Shown in pieces: positions 38,237 to 52,158 of a stretch of DNA of 64,000 bases (its first letter is position 1; every line of letters starts with the position of its first letter). This DNA is from Octopus sinensis (taxonomy: Eukaryota), in the NCBI RefSeq assembly GCF_006345805.1, contig NC_043015.1, positions 27,652,001 through 27,716,000 on the forward strand. Reading direction: 5' to 3'. Under the pieces are notes generated by a model. The model did not search any database, was not told the origin of the DNA, and was given only the letters and a program-made list of their open reading frames with translations. The position numbers and the translations under genes were made by a program.

Positions 38237-39292
38237 CATCATCATCATCATCATCATCATTTAGCGTCCGTTGTCCATGCTAGCATGGGTTGGACGGTTC
38301 AAATGGGGTCTGTGAAGCTGGAAGGCTTCATCAGGCCCAGTCAGATCTGGCAGTGTTTCTACGGCTGGATGCCCTTCCTAACGCCAACCACTCCGCGAGT
38401 GTAGTGGGTGTTTTTTATGTGCCACCTGCACAGGTGCCAGACAGAGCTGGCGAACGGCCACGAACGGATGGTGCTTTTACGTGTCACCGGCACATATATA
38501 TATATACATATATAAACATATATATATATATATATATATACTAGCATTAAAGACCCGTCGTTGCCGGGTCATAGTGCTAGTGCTTTTACATGTCACCGGC
38601 ACGGGGGCCAGGCGAGGCTGGCAATGGACATGAATGGATGGTGCTTTTACGTGCCACCAACACGGGGGCCAGACAGAGCTGGCAAACGGCCATGAACGGA
38701 TGGTGCTTTTACGTGTCACCTGCATGGGGGCCAAGCGAGGCTGGCAATGGACACGAACGGATGGTGCTTTTACGTGCCACCAACACGGAGGCTAGACGGG
38801 GCGGTGCCGGCAACGACCACGATCGGATGGTTCGCTTAACCACAGCTGCAATTCCCACTGATGTTGATCGACCTCAATTTGGTTCTGCTTTCTGATATAT
38901 GAATTGATTTGGTTTGATTTTGATTTTGACTGTTCTCACTGGTCTTGCCGGGTTTTCTCACGCACAGCATACTTCCAAAGGTCTCGGTCTCTGGTCATTT
39001 CCTTGGTGAGACCTAAAGTTCGAAGGTTGTGCTTCACCACCTCGACCCAGGTTTTCCTGGGTCTACCTCTTCCACATGTCCCCTCAACTGCCAGGGTGTG
39101 GCACTTTCGCACACAACTATCTTCAGCCATTCTCATCACATGACCATACCAGCGCAAACGTCTCTCTTGCACACAACAACTGATGCTTCTTAGGTTCAAC
39201 TTTTCTCTCAAGGTACTTACACTCTGTCGATTATGAACACTGACGTTACACATCCATCGGAGCATACTAGCTTCATTTCTTGCGAGCCTATA
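38237..39292 (-). mobile_element. RTE LINE 3' fragment; UTR contains a ~60-bp minisatellite (38400-38830)
   Basis: ERRLRWYGHV...GRGRPRKTW; repeated acggatggtgcttttacgtg unit; (GAT)n tail. Confidence 0.9.
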
Positions 39293-39736
39293 TAAACTTG
39301 CAGACATGCACAAGCACGCATTTCCCACATAGGTGTGTACACATACATGTATATATATTCATCTCACACATATGCACAACATGTCTAGACATATAGAAAA
39401 ATAGGTGCATTCATTATTGAGAGGGTGGTGAGGGGTGCATAGAGTTAAGCGGCGGATAAAATGACAACTTATCTTATAACTATCCTAATAATACATGGTT
39501 TGTAATCTTTTGACTCTAAATGAAGACTCCTAAAATATTGAAGTATTTATCAAGTAAAATGGTGGCCACTGTAAAACAGTAAAAATTATTTCATACCATT
39601 TACAAGAACCAACAACTTTACAACACAAACTACCATCATTAGCTAAGGCTGAGGATAAGAGTAAAGCTATTGAAATTACAGATTAAGAAAAAGAATATAA
39701 GCACTTAACTTTAGAGTTCATTTGATCAATATAAAA

Positions 39737-41528
39737 TGGCCTTTGACAGAGTCCCCCCCCCCAATCCCTTATCTGGTGGTCATCAAGGAAACTAGAGATA
39801 GATGAATGGTTAGTGAGAGCCGTGCAAGCCATGTACAGGGACGCTGTCAGTAAGATGAGGGTTGGCTATTTATCATAGTCCTCCAGGCAATAACAAAGGA
39901 ATTCAAGACAGGATGCCCCTGGGAGCTCCTCTATGCTGATGACCTTGCTCTAATTGCTGAGTCACTATCAAAACTAGAGGAGAAGTTTCAGGTTTGGAAA
40001 CAAGGATTAGAATTGAAGGGCCTCAGAGTCAACCTAGCTAAAACCAAAGTCCTAATAAGTAGGAAGTCAGGCAAACCACAAATCCCTTCAGGTAGATGGC
40101 CCTGCTCGATCTGTAGTAGAGGCGTAGGTAGAAACTCTATAAGATGTACCCAATGTAAGCTATGGACACATAAGAGGTGCAGTAATGTCAAAAGAAGGTT
40201 AACTGGGAAGATAGTTTTTGTATGTGACAGATGCTCGGGAGCGATAAACACAGAAAATGCGCAGAGACCAACTTCCGCCACATTCCAGCAAGAAAAAATA
40301 GATGTAGTTGATAGCTTCTGTTATCTAGGTGACAAAGTCAGTAGCGAAGGAGGGTGCACTGAAAGTGTAGCTGATAGAATAAGAATAGCTTGGGCAAAGT
40401 TCAGAGAGCTCTTACCTCTACTGGTGACAAAGGGCCTCTTGCTCAAAGTAAAAGGTAGACTGTATGACGCATGTGTACGAACAGCCATGCTACATGGCAG
40501 TGAAACATGGGCTGTGACTGATGAGGACATGCGTAAGCTCACAAGGAATGAAGCCAATATGATCCGATGGATGTGTAATGTCAGTGTGCATACTCAACAG
40601 AGTGTAAGTACCTTGAGAGAAATGTTGGACCTAAGAAGCATCAGATGTGGTGTGCAAGAGAGACGACTGCGCTGGTATGGTCATGTGGCAAGAATGGTTG
40701 AGGACAGCTGTGTGAAAAAGTACCACACCCTAGCAGTTGAGAGAACCTGTGGAAGAGGTAGACCCAGGAAGACCTGGGATGAAGTGGTGAAGCACGACCT
40801 TCGAACTTTAGGCCTCACCAAGGAAATGATTAGTGACTGAGACTTTTGTAAATATGCCGGTGACACATAAAAGCACCATAATCTCATGGCCTATGAAGGG
40901 GCTTATGCATACCTTTTCCTTCTTTGGACACTAAAACTCAGCTTGCGAAGACCTGTTGAGGCAAGTGAAATCAAAATCAAATTCGATGACTGGTGTCCAT
41001 GCTAGTAGGGTGCAAAGAGCACCATACGAGCATGATCAAAGAGCACCATATGAGCAGCTAACCGGCTTCCATGCCAGTGGCACTTAAAAGACACCATTCG
41101 AGTGTGATCGTTACCAGCGTCACCTTACTGGCACTTGAGCCCCGTGCTAGTAGGGTATTAAGAGCACCATCCGAGCATGATCATTGCCAGAGCAGCTATC
41201 TGACCTCTGTGCCAGTGGCATGTAAAAGACACCATTCGAGTGTGATCGTTACCAGCATTGCCTTACTGGAACCTGTGCCAGTGGCATGTGTAAAGGATTC
41301 GAGTGAAGTCATTGCCAGTACCGCCTGACTGGCTCCATGCCGGTGGCACGTAAAAGCACCCACTACACTCTCGGAGTGGTTGGCGTTAGGAAGGGCATTC
41401 AGCTGTAGAAACTCTGCCAGATCAAGATTGAGGCCTGGTGCAGCCATCTGGTTCACCAACCCTCAGTCAATCGTCCAACCCATGCTAGCATGGAAAACGG
41501 ACATTAAACAATGGTGATGATGATGATG
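39737..41528 (+). mobile_element. Young RTE LINE 3' fragment with complete 3' UTR
   Basis: 275-aa ORF 40013-40840 highly similar to the 23156-25126 ORF; (GAT)n tail. Confidence 0.93.
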
Positions 41529-42084
41529 AAAATACACTTTTTATATATATAAATGATGTATGGAAGACTGGAACTGGACAGAATTACATTGATTTGATTG
41601 GTAAAAGGTAAACGTTGTAGTAAACATATACTGTATCTCTATTATTATTGAAAATATTTTCTTTGCATATAAACATTCTGATGACAATGAAAAAAAAACT
41701 GCTAGAAATTAAGGTATTCCTAACAAGTGATAAAAGAAAAAGAAATAGCAGAGAAAGTAAAAATAACAAAAATACAAGCAAACATAAAAAATTACACAGG
41801 TTGATAAGCAGAGGACAAAGCTACTAGTGATTTAAAGATTTTACAAAATTCATGGATGACTGCATCTAAGCAGAGAGGTCAATCTAATACCAAGAAATTG
41901 TTTTTCAGCAATAAACTTCTAAAGAACTCGACTGAAGTCATGGACAAAAATGACATTTTCATAAATAATTAACTACAACTCAGGATTGAGAGCTTATAAA
42001 GGATTGGAATAAAGTTCGAATGGAAGCTTAAAGTTTTATTACAAAATGCCAGAGACAATCCTGCCTGAAATTCTACCTGTTAGG

Positions 42085-42420
42085 CATCAAGAGTTGCTCC
42101 TCTTTTGGCGATGACTTTCTCAATCCTCTTCCTGACTGCACCACAGGCTTTCTTAATGAATTCCTCATCAATGACTTCCTCCTATGTCCTCCTACATCCT
42201 ACGGATGGAGTTTATGGGGGTTTGCAGCTTACTGTAGGGCTCCTCACAAGCCTTTCTGACCAATTCATTCCAGATACTGAAGTCTAAATGGTTCAAATCA
42301 GGTGATGAAGGGGCTAAGTGCCCTTATCCCCAAACCTGTTCCCAAACTCATCCCTGAGAAATTTTTGAACCACTGCTGGAATGTAAACTTGAAATTCTTA
42401 GCAATCTTGTTGGGTTTCCC
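42085..42420 (-). mobile_element. IS630/Tc1/mariner transposase C-terminal remnant (possibly maT/DD37D-like)
   Basis: Minus-strand PSSPDLNHLDFSIWNELVRKAC...IKKACGAVRKRIEKVIAKRG. Confidence 0.7.
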
Positions 42421-42760
42421 TTGTCTCAGGATATCCAGAAAGAATCCAGGTCTTTACATCTTTCAAAACCTGAAGCTTTCTCAAACATGATCGATGGCAT
42501 CTTCTTGCCATCAGAATCGCTATCAGAGTTACTATGCAGCAGATTAATTATTTTAGCAATATAACCAAGCCTCTTAATTCTTGCCAGATCAATCATCCTA
42601 GCTGCAAATAGAGACAATCAATAGATACAGCTTGCTGTTGTAATGAGAGAAAGCTCTCTGCAATTAACAAACATTTCATTGCTTTGCAGACTGCATATGA
42701 TGGATGGCATGCAAATGTTCTTTTTATACATTTATCAAGCATTTTTATCCAGTATGAAAT

Positions 42761-42797
<37 letters not shown>

Positions 42798-42831
42798 TGC
42801 ATGCATACATACATGCACTCACACACACACA

Positions 42832-42881
<50 letters not shown>

Positions 42882-44769
42882 TGCATGTGTGTGTGTGTGT
42901 ACATATATACACCATACACATACACATAATTGACTGCTAGAAATTTTGCTTCCTACTTCTCTCAGTAAATATATTATAGAAAATAACACAGAAAACACTA
43001 TGGAAAAATTTGTGTTTCACAAACATTTCAGAAATGTCATATTTTCTATGAAGAGACAATGAAACTAACAAAAGTAAAATGAATGAAACAAACAAAAAAG
43101 CCATATGTTTTGTATTGCTATCATTTCTCATCAGTTGTAATAGTTACATTGATGTTTTAATTGTGTTCTCTTACCATTAATTTGAATCAAAGGGAAACCC
43201 TAATAAACATAGTAAAGAGTTAATCACAATCAATATCTAATAAAATTAAATCTCAGAAACAAATCCCATCTTCTTATCATCTTCATTTGACACTAATGAT
43301 TTGTAACACCCAAACACATGGGAATCATTTCAAAGATATTTTCCATTGTATTGTGAAGCAGCCTCTAATCTATAAAATTGTAGTTTCTCCAGAAACATCT
43401 TTAGCAGCCTTTAGAAAGAGAAATGATATTTTTCTTTAAACTTAACATTCAATTCAGTTTAGTGTCATTGTATCCAAACTCAATAAAAGACTTGGAAAAT
43501 GGAAGAACTCATTTTATTAAATTGTATTGTTAGTTTATTCATTTTAACTGTTTCCATATTTACTGCTGAGCAATTTTTTAATTTTTTAGAAATATTTTTT
43601 TTTTATTTTTTGGAAATAAAAGCTTGACATTGCTAAAAATATTTAATACTAAAACTTAAATTAGGCAGTAGCTTTAATATGTAAAAGAAATATACAGCTT
43701 AAAGTGACGTATTTGTTTCAGCTACTATTGTTTAATGAAAGCTACTTGTTTCGGTTTAATGATTATAAATTTTATCATCATCCAGAACCCTTTAAGTAGA
43801 GATTGATGCTAGGAATATTCCTTCTGATCTATTTCTCTTCCTTAGGTACCTGTCTATGGACAGTTTCCTTTCAATTCCTCCAATTTATCACCATATGCTA
43901 ACTATCATAAATGGTTGTTTTTCTAGTTTCTCAAGCTCTCTTTTGATTATTCCTGATGTACATTTGAGTGATTTACATTGTTGTGGCTGGTGAGATATAA
44001 CTAGTTTGTATAGTAACCTTCAAAGATTCATTCAAAGTGCCATATGGTTACTTGATTTAGAAATAGAATCATTTGACAAAAGGACATCTCTCAATTGACA
44101 TCTTCCTTCAGATGGCAAAACTTCCAGCATATCCAAATTTATCAAGAGCAATGTCCACAAATCAATACCTGTATCATCAATGTCATAAAAGTAATCAGTA
44201 AATACAAATGTTCATATGCAGCAAGAGGTTCTAATGATAACACATTAAAATTTGTAGGGAAGCTGTTACGGTTGATATCACATTAAACAGAGTATAAGTG
44301 GAACAGTCTACTAAATTACAAAATTAGGTATAAGTAATAGAATTGACATAGCATCCTTGTCCTTTTGATGTTGTTTAACACCAGGATTGACCTGTTTGGA
44401 CAGAACTATGTTCAAAACCATTGATCCATCATGTATGGCCTATTCTATTTAATATTAAATACTTTTCTATTTCGCTCTCTGGTTTGAGATGCTGCGTGTG
44501 ATCTGAGGGAAACTTGGCTATTGTTTCTAACATAGAACCATCACGAAGCTCTCTGACTGGGATCGGTTGTTGTTTGGCTTCAAGTCAACTCTGATTGATC
44601 AAAGTATTCCAGCTTAGAACTATGTCTAGGACTACATTATCCAATGTGCCTTGGTTAAGTAATCCCATAATAGCTACCTCATTGACTCATCTACTTCTTG
44701 TCTGGAAATGGTTAAATATAAGGTACATATAACTGTAGACTATAGCTAAATGTAATCTTTTTGTTTCAG

Positions 44770-44859
44770 TTTAGAAGATCACATTGAAAAGCAAAGAGAC
44801 AACATAAAGAATACTTTAAAGATATTTGAGGAGCAAAAAACTAATCATTTAAATAACAC
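44770..44859 (+). CDS. 90-nt internal exon (SLEDHIEKQRDNIKNTLKIFEEQKTNHLNN, phase 2 to 2)
   Basis: tctttttgtttcag acceptor, AC|gtaagt consensus donor, open frame with coiled-coil-like composition. Confidence 0.8.
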
Positions 44860-45447
44860 GTAAGTTAACAATATACATCTTTTAAACAAGTAGTGGTTTA
44901 TTGCAGTTGTTTTTGTTTGTATGGCATGTTAGATTTGTGAGTAGGGGTGGGAAGGCATGAACCTTACAAATTTCCATTCTTGATTAACACAAAGTCTTGA
45001 TCCTATCAGATATAAGAGACTTCATCATGAACCCAATGCAATATCATTTAGAAGACATGCTAGCTGCTCTTTTGACACCCTATTCTGTTGTAATTCTATT
45101 GTATACTATATTTATTTATCTAGCATCACATTGAGCAAGTAAATAATCTATCATATATCTGGCATATGACACAAGTCATATTCCACCACACATATTGAAT
45201 AATCTATTTGGACAACAAAGAAAAAAAAAACAAAATAAGTGCAATAAAACTTCCTGTATGTAAAACATATTTAGTCATATAAACAGGTAAAAGTTATTTG
45301 AGTTGCCACTATCTCATCTTCATTTCTTTTCTAGCATAATCTATCTAAAACTATATTATCTAACACATCCTTCCTATTTTTAAGAGAAAAGAACCTAGCA
45401 TAAGAGAAATTTAGTTGATATTTCCAATCAGTGGAGTGAATAAATAG

Positions 45448-45622
<175 letters not shown>

Positions 45623-45899
45623 AATAGTGGTTTAATTTAACTTGACACAAAACCAGTTATGAGCATTTATGAACTATAATTTACCACTGCCTGATAGTGA
45701 TATTGCATAAATTTATACATAAATGAATAAATTTATGCTCCATTACAGCCATCCTACACCCTCTTTTTCTTCATTTCTTCCTTGGATCTTTCTCCTACCC
45801 TCAGAGAGACAATACCCTCTAGTCAGGGAATGATTGGCATAGATCTTACTCTGGTGTCACTTACTACATGTCGATGTCAAGCAGTACATTGGTCATCAG

Positions 45900-46260
45900 G
45901 AAATAGCATAGTATTCACAAGCAATCATTTATCTCATTAATAAGTAGAAAGTCTACTTGGCGAGCATATTCATCTGACTAGTAGGTGATTCAGTGGATGG
46001 TCAATTTCCTTAAGTTGGCATTGTAAATGGTTGGATCATTTGCATGAAGATCTCTAACATCATTGATTCTACTTTATTCTTTATTCATAGCTTCCACGTA
46101 CACTGGAATAGACATCATGGTATTATCCACTATATCCATTTGAATTATCAGCCACTGAATTGAGGTCACCATCACCTGTTATCAAGACAGTCTGCAAGAG
46201 AATGTCATGGAAGTGAACCTTTGCTCATTCATCAGGCCTGAGTGTGGTGTATCTGTAGAG
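45900..46260 (-). mobile_element. Very old RTE endonuclease remnant
   Basis: GDLNSV...SRI...HAND..IYNANLRK resembles GDFNGHV...RILEF..ANDL.I.NT.FRK. Confidence 0.35.
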
Positions 46261-47084
46261 ATCAGTGATTCTTTATTGGTGTTGCCTATATCTACTCTGT
46301 ACTTTATTATTCATTGCATGTTGACCAAAGATGGAATGGTTACAGCTTGAATTCCTTTGATCGTTGGTTTATTTAGTCAGAGTTCACATGGGACTAAACA
46401 ACAACTGCATGATATGGTTGAGCTAAGGAGGGAGGAGTTTTTATATAGTTGCATGACCTGCTAGAAATAGCAACCAAATCTCTTTAAATCATTTCTTTAG
46501 TGTCTCTAAAAGAAAAAAAACACATTGGCTATTGTAGTTGTAGACATACTATCTGAACTAGAAGGATATGATGGTTATAACTGAAGTACATTTGATCATA
46601 AGTCTGGCCTGGGGCTAAAAAGCATATGATATTGTAATATTGAAGAAAAGCAATGTCCAATTAGATAAAGTATTGGGCTTTGAAATAACTGTGGTGTACT
46701 GTGGTTACCAACCTTCTATTCTACTATGTATTTAGTAACAGCAAAGTAATTAAATGCAATGAGAATGGCTAAAACAATAATGATGGTGGTGGTGGCAGGG
46801 TGGGGATTCATCATAGTAAACAGAATGTAAAGGGCAAGTTGGTAGTTTCGAATCTTTCTCATATATATTTTTAAAAAAAACAATTGCAGATTGAATTATT
46901 GAAAATATGTTTCCACATAAAAGCTGACAACATATCCATATTATAGCACCTGAAATCATACATGTCTACACATTTGGAAAGCAGCTGATAGTTCATTGAT
47001 AGTGACTACCAGTTAGAAAACTGGTGGTTCTAATCTCATTGCTGACATGTCAGAATTCAATTTAGCTAATATAGTTAATAGGTT

Positions 47085-47666
47085 ACGTAAAGTATACTAG
47101 CCATCTCAATATGGCTAACCACTAAGGGTGGGTGTTACTGTAGCTTTTAGCCCCAGGAGATCATCGTCTCCAGCTGGCTTTAGACACACTTTCTGTGCCC
47201 TTATGGTATTTGCAAAGGGAGGTCATCCCTCTCTCGTAAACCTAAGTGACATGCACGGACTGTAGCTTCTAGGTACATTACTGTTTACATCTCGTTCAGA
47301 GATTTATTATTGCTTGCAGACAGTTTTTCGAAATCAGTGATGGAAGTTACTAGAAAAACAATAAGTATTTGCAAACAGGTCTCCCTTTCATCGTAAACTG
47401 GTGACTGCCATACGCCGAAGACAGGCAAATACCTAGAAACTGCAGTCCGTGCATGTCACTTAGGTTTACGAGAGAGGGATGAACTCCCTTTGCAAATACC
47501 ATAAGGGCACAGAAAGTGTGTCTAAAGCCAGCTGGAGACGATGATCTCCTGGGGCTAAAAGCTACAGTAACACCCACCCTTAGTGGTTAGCCATATTGAG
47601 ATGGCTAGTATACTTTATGTTGTCAAGCAGTTACTGTTTACATCTTGTTCAGAGATTTATTATTGT
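47085..47666 (+). mobile_element. 582-bp non-coding fold-back element with 191-bp inverted arms, a degenerate hammerhead and a 13-bp TSD
   Basis: Arms 47085-47275 and 47430-47620; TSD tagttaataggtt at 47072-47084 and 47667-47679; internal 35-bp direct repeat at 47278-47312 and 47631-47665. Confidence 0.88.
47411..47451 (+). ncRNA. Degenerate type-I hammerhead motif
   Basis: UACG-CCGAAGA-CAGG(caaaua)CCUA-GAAA-C(ugca)G-UC-CGUG. U4-to-C change and a C.A mismatch at the base of stem II; perfect palindrome ACUGCAGU across stem III. Confidence 0.6.
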
Positions 47667-49381
47667 TAGTTAATAGGTTGTTCTATTTTTAACCCCAAAT
47701 CTGATATGGGAGAGCTTTAACAGCATTTCAATATATTTATATACATGATATTTAAATTTGAAATGGCCACTTGCAAAAAAAAATCTCTTATTATATCATT
47801 GATTTTCCAAAATGCCAATCAACTTCTGTCAGTTGTAGTTGTTGCAAGAGAACTGCAAACCATTGCTACATTGCTGGTTAGCCACAAGTCAGCCATGATT
47901 AACTAGCTCTTTGATCAAAAATGTACCAGTCATGACTAACCCTTTTTATGTACCAGTGTATCCTTCTTTATATAAGATGGTTTTGTGTACTTTGGCTGTT
48001 ATTTCTAACTAATCAAGTGACCAGACAGAAACTGCCTCATTGACTTAAGAGGAGAAAAATCACTTGCTTTTACTTTGTTTCTTCACTTTTGTTGTCTATT
48101 TATTCATGTAGTATATTTGTTAATTGTGTGACATTTTTTTAATGATGCGTGTGTGTGTGTGTGTGTGTATATACGCACGCACATATCTCAAAATACAAGA
48201 ATCATCAGACAGCTGCACAAAAGTTGTCAAAGTATTTTACTCTTGTTAATTATATTTTCTTTTCTTTTTCAGTACTCTGTTATCTTAACTAGCTTCATCA
48301 AACTCAATGTTGGGGTATTTTAACATGTTTTGTAAATTTTCAACAAATATATAAGCAGACAAATGATTCTTTTCAAGAAATTCAAGTACATTTTAGCTTG
48401 CTATCTAATTACAAGATAACTGATTATATAGGTGTGTGAATTTCATGACTTTTTCCTCAAAACATAAAATACAATTTACTTCTAAAATTATAATTAAAAA
48501 TAAAGATATTTACAATATACTAAAATGTTTTGAGAATGGAGAGAGTTTTAGAAGTTGAAACTAATTGGAGAGGATACTTACCATGACAGCAAGTGGATTG
48601 TAAGTTAGTAGTGTATATATGTGTTTCATTATCATCATAATCATCATTTTTACATCTGCTTTTCCATACTGGCATGGAAAATTAGATGTAAAAACGATAA
48701 TCATGATGATAATGAAGTACACACACACACACATCTTCAGTGCACTGCATACATGCACATATCTCTCATTGCCCTCATATTCAGGACTAGTGATAAGTCT
48801 ATTGGAAAACTTCTATACCAATAATACTGCTGCTTAGAATATACAATAACGAAATATTGGTTGTAAAGAGAAAGGCACCAATAGGTTGATTTAACAATAA
48901 CACTCCATGCAAAGTCTTCAATGGTTTTTATGTGATTACTAAAAAGTAAAAGATCATGTGTTTTATACACCACAGTTTTATAGTATTTTGTTGTAGAATT
49001 TAGTATTGCCATAATCGAAAATAAATGTTTATAAATCTTATTTCAACTCTCAGTGGTAATTCCTTCTATCACATGAAAATGTAAAACTAAAACAATAACA
49101 GCAGGGTTTAAGGAACTGAGCAATGCAGACATTAATTCAAACTCTGTTAGAACCTCAGTGTTGTTGTTTAGCCTCAGTTTCCCCTTGATTTAGCAGACCT
49201 CTAAGTAAAACATTCCAACCATGACAATCACATTTATAGCCACATTGCCCATCTCCTTATGATTGTAAACTAGTTTGGTTGTTATTTCTAGCAAGTAGAG
49301 CAACCATATAGAGGTTTCCTCGTTGGCTTGCCTTTGTGTGGTATGCCTTGAAGCAAAACAAATGTAAGTGTGTGTGTGTGT

Positions 49382-49428
<47 letters not shown>

Positions 49429-50072
49429 TGTCAGTATTCATCAGCAAAAAAAGTAAAAATTTGAGAAAAAAGGGCAATAAATTTGTTGAGGTCATAAGAA
49501 TATAAAAACTTTCAAGAGAATGTAAAATAATTCTTTTTGGAAACTGGATCTTGTGGTACTTATAAAGCTATAAATAATAGCATGTAAAGTATTGGTAGTT
49601 GCACAGGGACCTCCAAATTATGCTCACCATCTTCAATGTTGTGCACCAGTGAATGGATCATTAAAAACTTGTGGTTCACAATATGCAATATAATGACTTC
49701 ATTGTTCTCAAAAGCTAATATGAATATAAAAAAAAACAAGTAAACCATTTAATGTATTTGTCTTAGTGTAACTTACCTAAAGTAACTTACCTTGGGAGAG
49801 TTCTACTCTTTTACTCTTCAAGCTACCTCTGCAAGTGATTATAGTGTTAAGTTTTTCTCTACTATGCAACACCAATTCAATTTCAGGTGCACAAGACCAT
49901 TTGAGAGTTAAGTATTTTACCTACAGACAAAAGGCTCTGCCACTGACTGGATACAAACTGTTGACATGTCACTTGGTTATCATTCACTACACTATCTATT
50001 TAACCATCTTTACCACTCAATTTTATTGACTCAGTTTTAATTTTCATAATTACACACAGACACACATCTATA

Positions 50073-50906
50073 CACAAGGTGGTATCAAAAAGTTCCTGGA
50101 CGAGTTCTGTAGCATGCCTACAAATGGCAACACATGGTTGCATGTGCAATGAGGGCTAGCAGTGACTTTTGGGATCATGTGTATGCTATAGTCTGTGATT
50201 TTGTCATGGACAGGAACAAAGAGCCAACGTGAAATTTTGCCTTAAATTTGGAAAGTCTGCAACAGAGACATTGAGCATGCTTCGGCAAGTTTATGGTGAT
50301 GAGGCAAGGGGATGCACACAATGTTTCGAGTGGCATGGACACTTCAAAAGCAGAAGAATGTCCCTGGAAGACGATGAGCAATCTGTAAGACCTGCCACGG
50401 GCATCACCCAAAGAAATGTGGTATCATGCATCAAGAATTCATCTCCAGGGCCAGACCATCAATTGAGAGTTCTGCTACATTTTGAAGTGCTTGAAGGAGG
50501 ACATTCAGCAAAAGTGACTGGATCTGTGGAGCATGAAGAACTGGATTCTTCACCAAGCTCTCTTCATTCATGAGCTTCTCACCAAAAACAACATGGTATC
50601 ACTTCTGCACCTACCCTATTCACCAGATTTAGCACCAGCAGACTTCCATCTCTTTCCCAAGATGAAAAGGCAGCTCAAAGGTAACCATTTTAACACTGTT
50701 GTCAAGATTCAGAGTGAATCACAGTAGGTCTTTAACTCACTTATAGAAAATGACTTCCAGACCAGATTCCAAAAGTAGTAGGAATACTGGGACCAGTGCA
50801 TTCTTGCACAAGGTGACTATTTTGAAGGAGATGATGTTAAAACTTAGGTAAATAAATTATTTCTTATTAAACAAAACTAATCTGAGAACCTTTGGCTACC
50901 ACCTCA
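50073..50906 (+). mobile_element. Internally deleted mariner with both TIRs (diverged)
   Basis: MKFCLKFGKSATETLSML..., LHLPYSPDLAPADFHLFPKMK; ends aggtggtatcaaaaagttc and gaacctttggctaccacct. Confidence 0.85.
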
Positions 50907-51289
50907 TATATGTATTCCCATGATTATTCATATTTATAATTATATACTGTATGTATATATATGTGTGTGTGTATGTATATATGTACACACACACACACAC
51001 ATACATTATATAGCCTCCCCAACTCATGCACACCCTCCCTTCAATCCTTACAGATGTTGCCTACCTTCCTCTTCTACTTCTGCAATTTTTTCCCCTACAC
51101 ATTCTTATAAATCCCTATTCGCCCACCAGCTACTGCTACTGCTACTGCTATCTGAGGTGCCACCTGGACACCTCATCATCACTGATTATCTTCTTGGAGA
51201 TACCTCTAATTAATTCTCACTCTCTCTCTCTCTCCTCTACTCCAACCTTTTCTTCATACCTTAACCCAAATCTAGCATACAGAGGAAAC

Positions 51290-51520
51290 ATAATCCTCCC
51301 TTGGGGTTTGTTGGCTTGTAAGCTACAGGGTGACTTCAATAGTGCTGGTGGCACAAAAAAAGAGCGACTAGTCCACACTATAAAGTGGTTGGCATTAGGA
51401 AGGGCATCCAGCCATAGAAATCATGCCAAAGGAGACCCTAGACTCACTGGATCCTTGTCAAATCATCTAACCTCTGCCAGCATGGAACATAGACCTTAAA
51501 TGATGATGATGATGATGGTG
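51290..51520 (+). mobile_element. RTE-derived 3' end (SINE-like) with (GAT)n tail
   Basis: aagtggttggcattaggaagggcatccagcc...catggaacatagaccttaaatgatgatg. Confidence 0.65.
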
Positions 51521-52158
51521 GTGGTGGTGATGATATCTATGTATTTTGATGATGATGATATCTATGTATTTTTCAGTAGAATTTCCACATTGACTTCAAT
51601 TAGCTTCCATGATCCATATATTTTGTTCTTCTGTACAACCATTGTAGAAAAGTTGTCTCTTATTTATGACAGTCAGTATTTTTGATGTGTAGTCACTTGC
51701 ACTGAACCTGTCTCCCAACTTAACATTGTTCAAATTTAATTCATTCTGTCTTTGCTACATAAATTCCACTGTCACAATGACATCAGCGGTCTGAGAGAAA
51801 AAGATGAAAAAATAGACTTTGTGCATTTTTCAAATACTATATTCATCAAATACTATGTTCATCTTCATTGGCAGAGCTATTTGTGGAAATGTACCTATTA
51901 CAGACAGTTCTAGAAAAGTTATAAACATTACATTACAAAGATACAGCCACTACTTGTGGAATTTCTGATATATCATTTCATATTAAACCATCATTGCAAC
52001 AGTCTTCAGTGTTTTTAAAATGATTGATTTTTTTTTTTCATAATTTTCTTCAGGTAAAAAGCTCAATATAAAATAATAAAATATTTGTTTTTTTAACAAA
52101 TTTATTCTAAATCAAGAAAATTACTTTATATTTTTATTTTTATCAATTCTACTTTTAG

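Noticed and set aside
42426-42617. 63-aa ORF with SDSDSD
   Set aside because: No recognisable homology or convincing splice pair; it adjoins a transposase remnant.
43750-44290. Protein-like stretches on both strands
   Set aside because: Stops occur in every frame and I recognise no family.
48273-48314. Candidate exon YSVILTSFIKLNVG
   Set aside because: Open only in phase 0, whereas this intron is phase 2 (which gives TAA), and the donor is weak.
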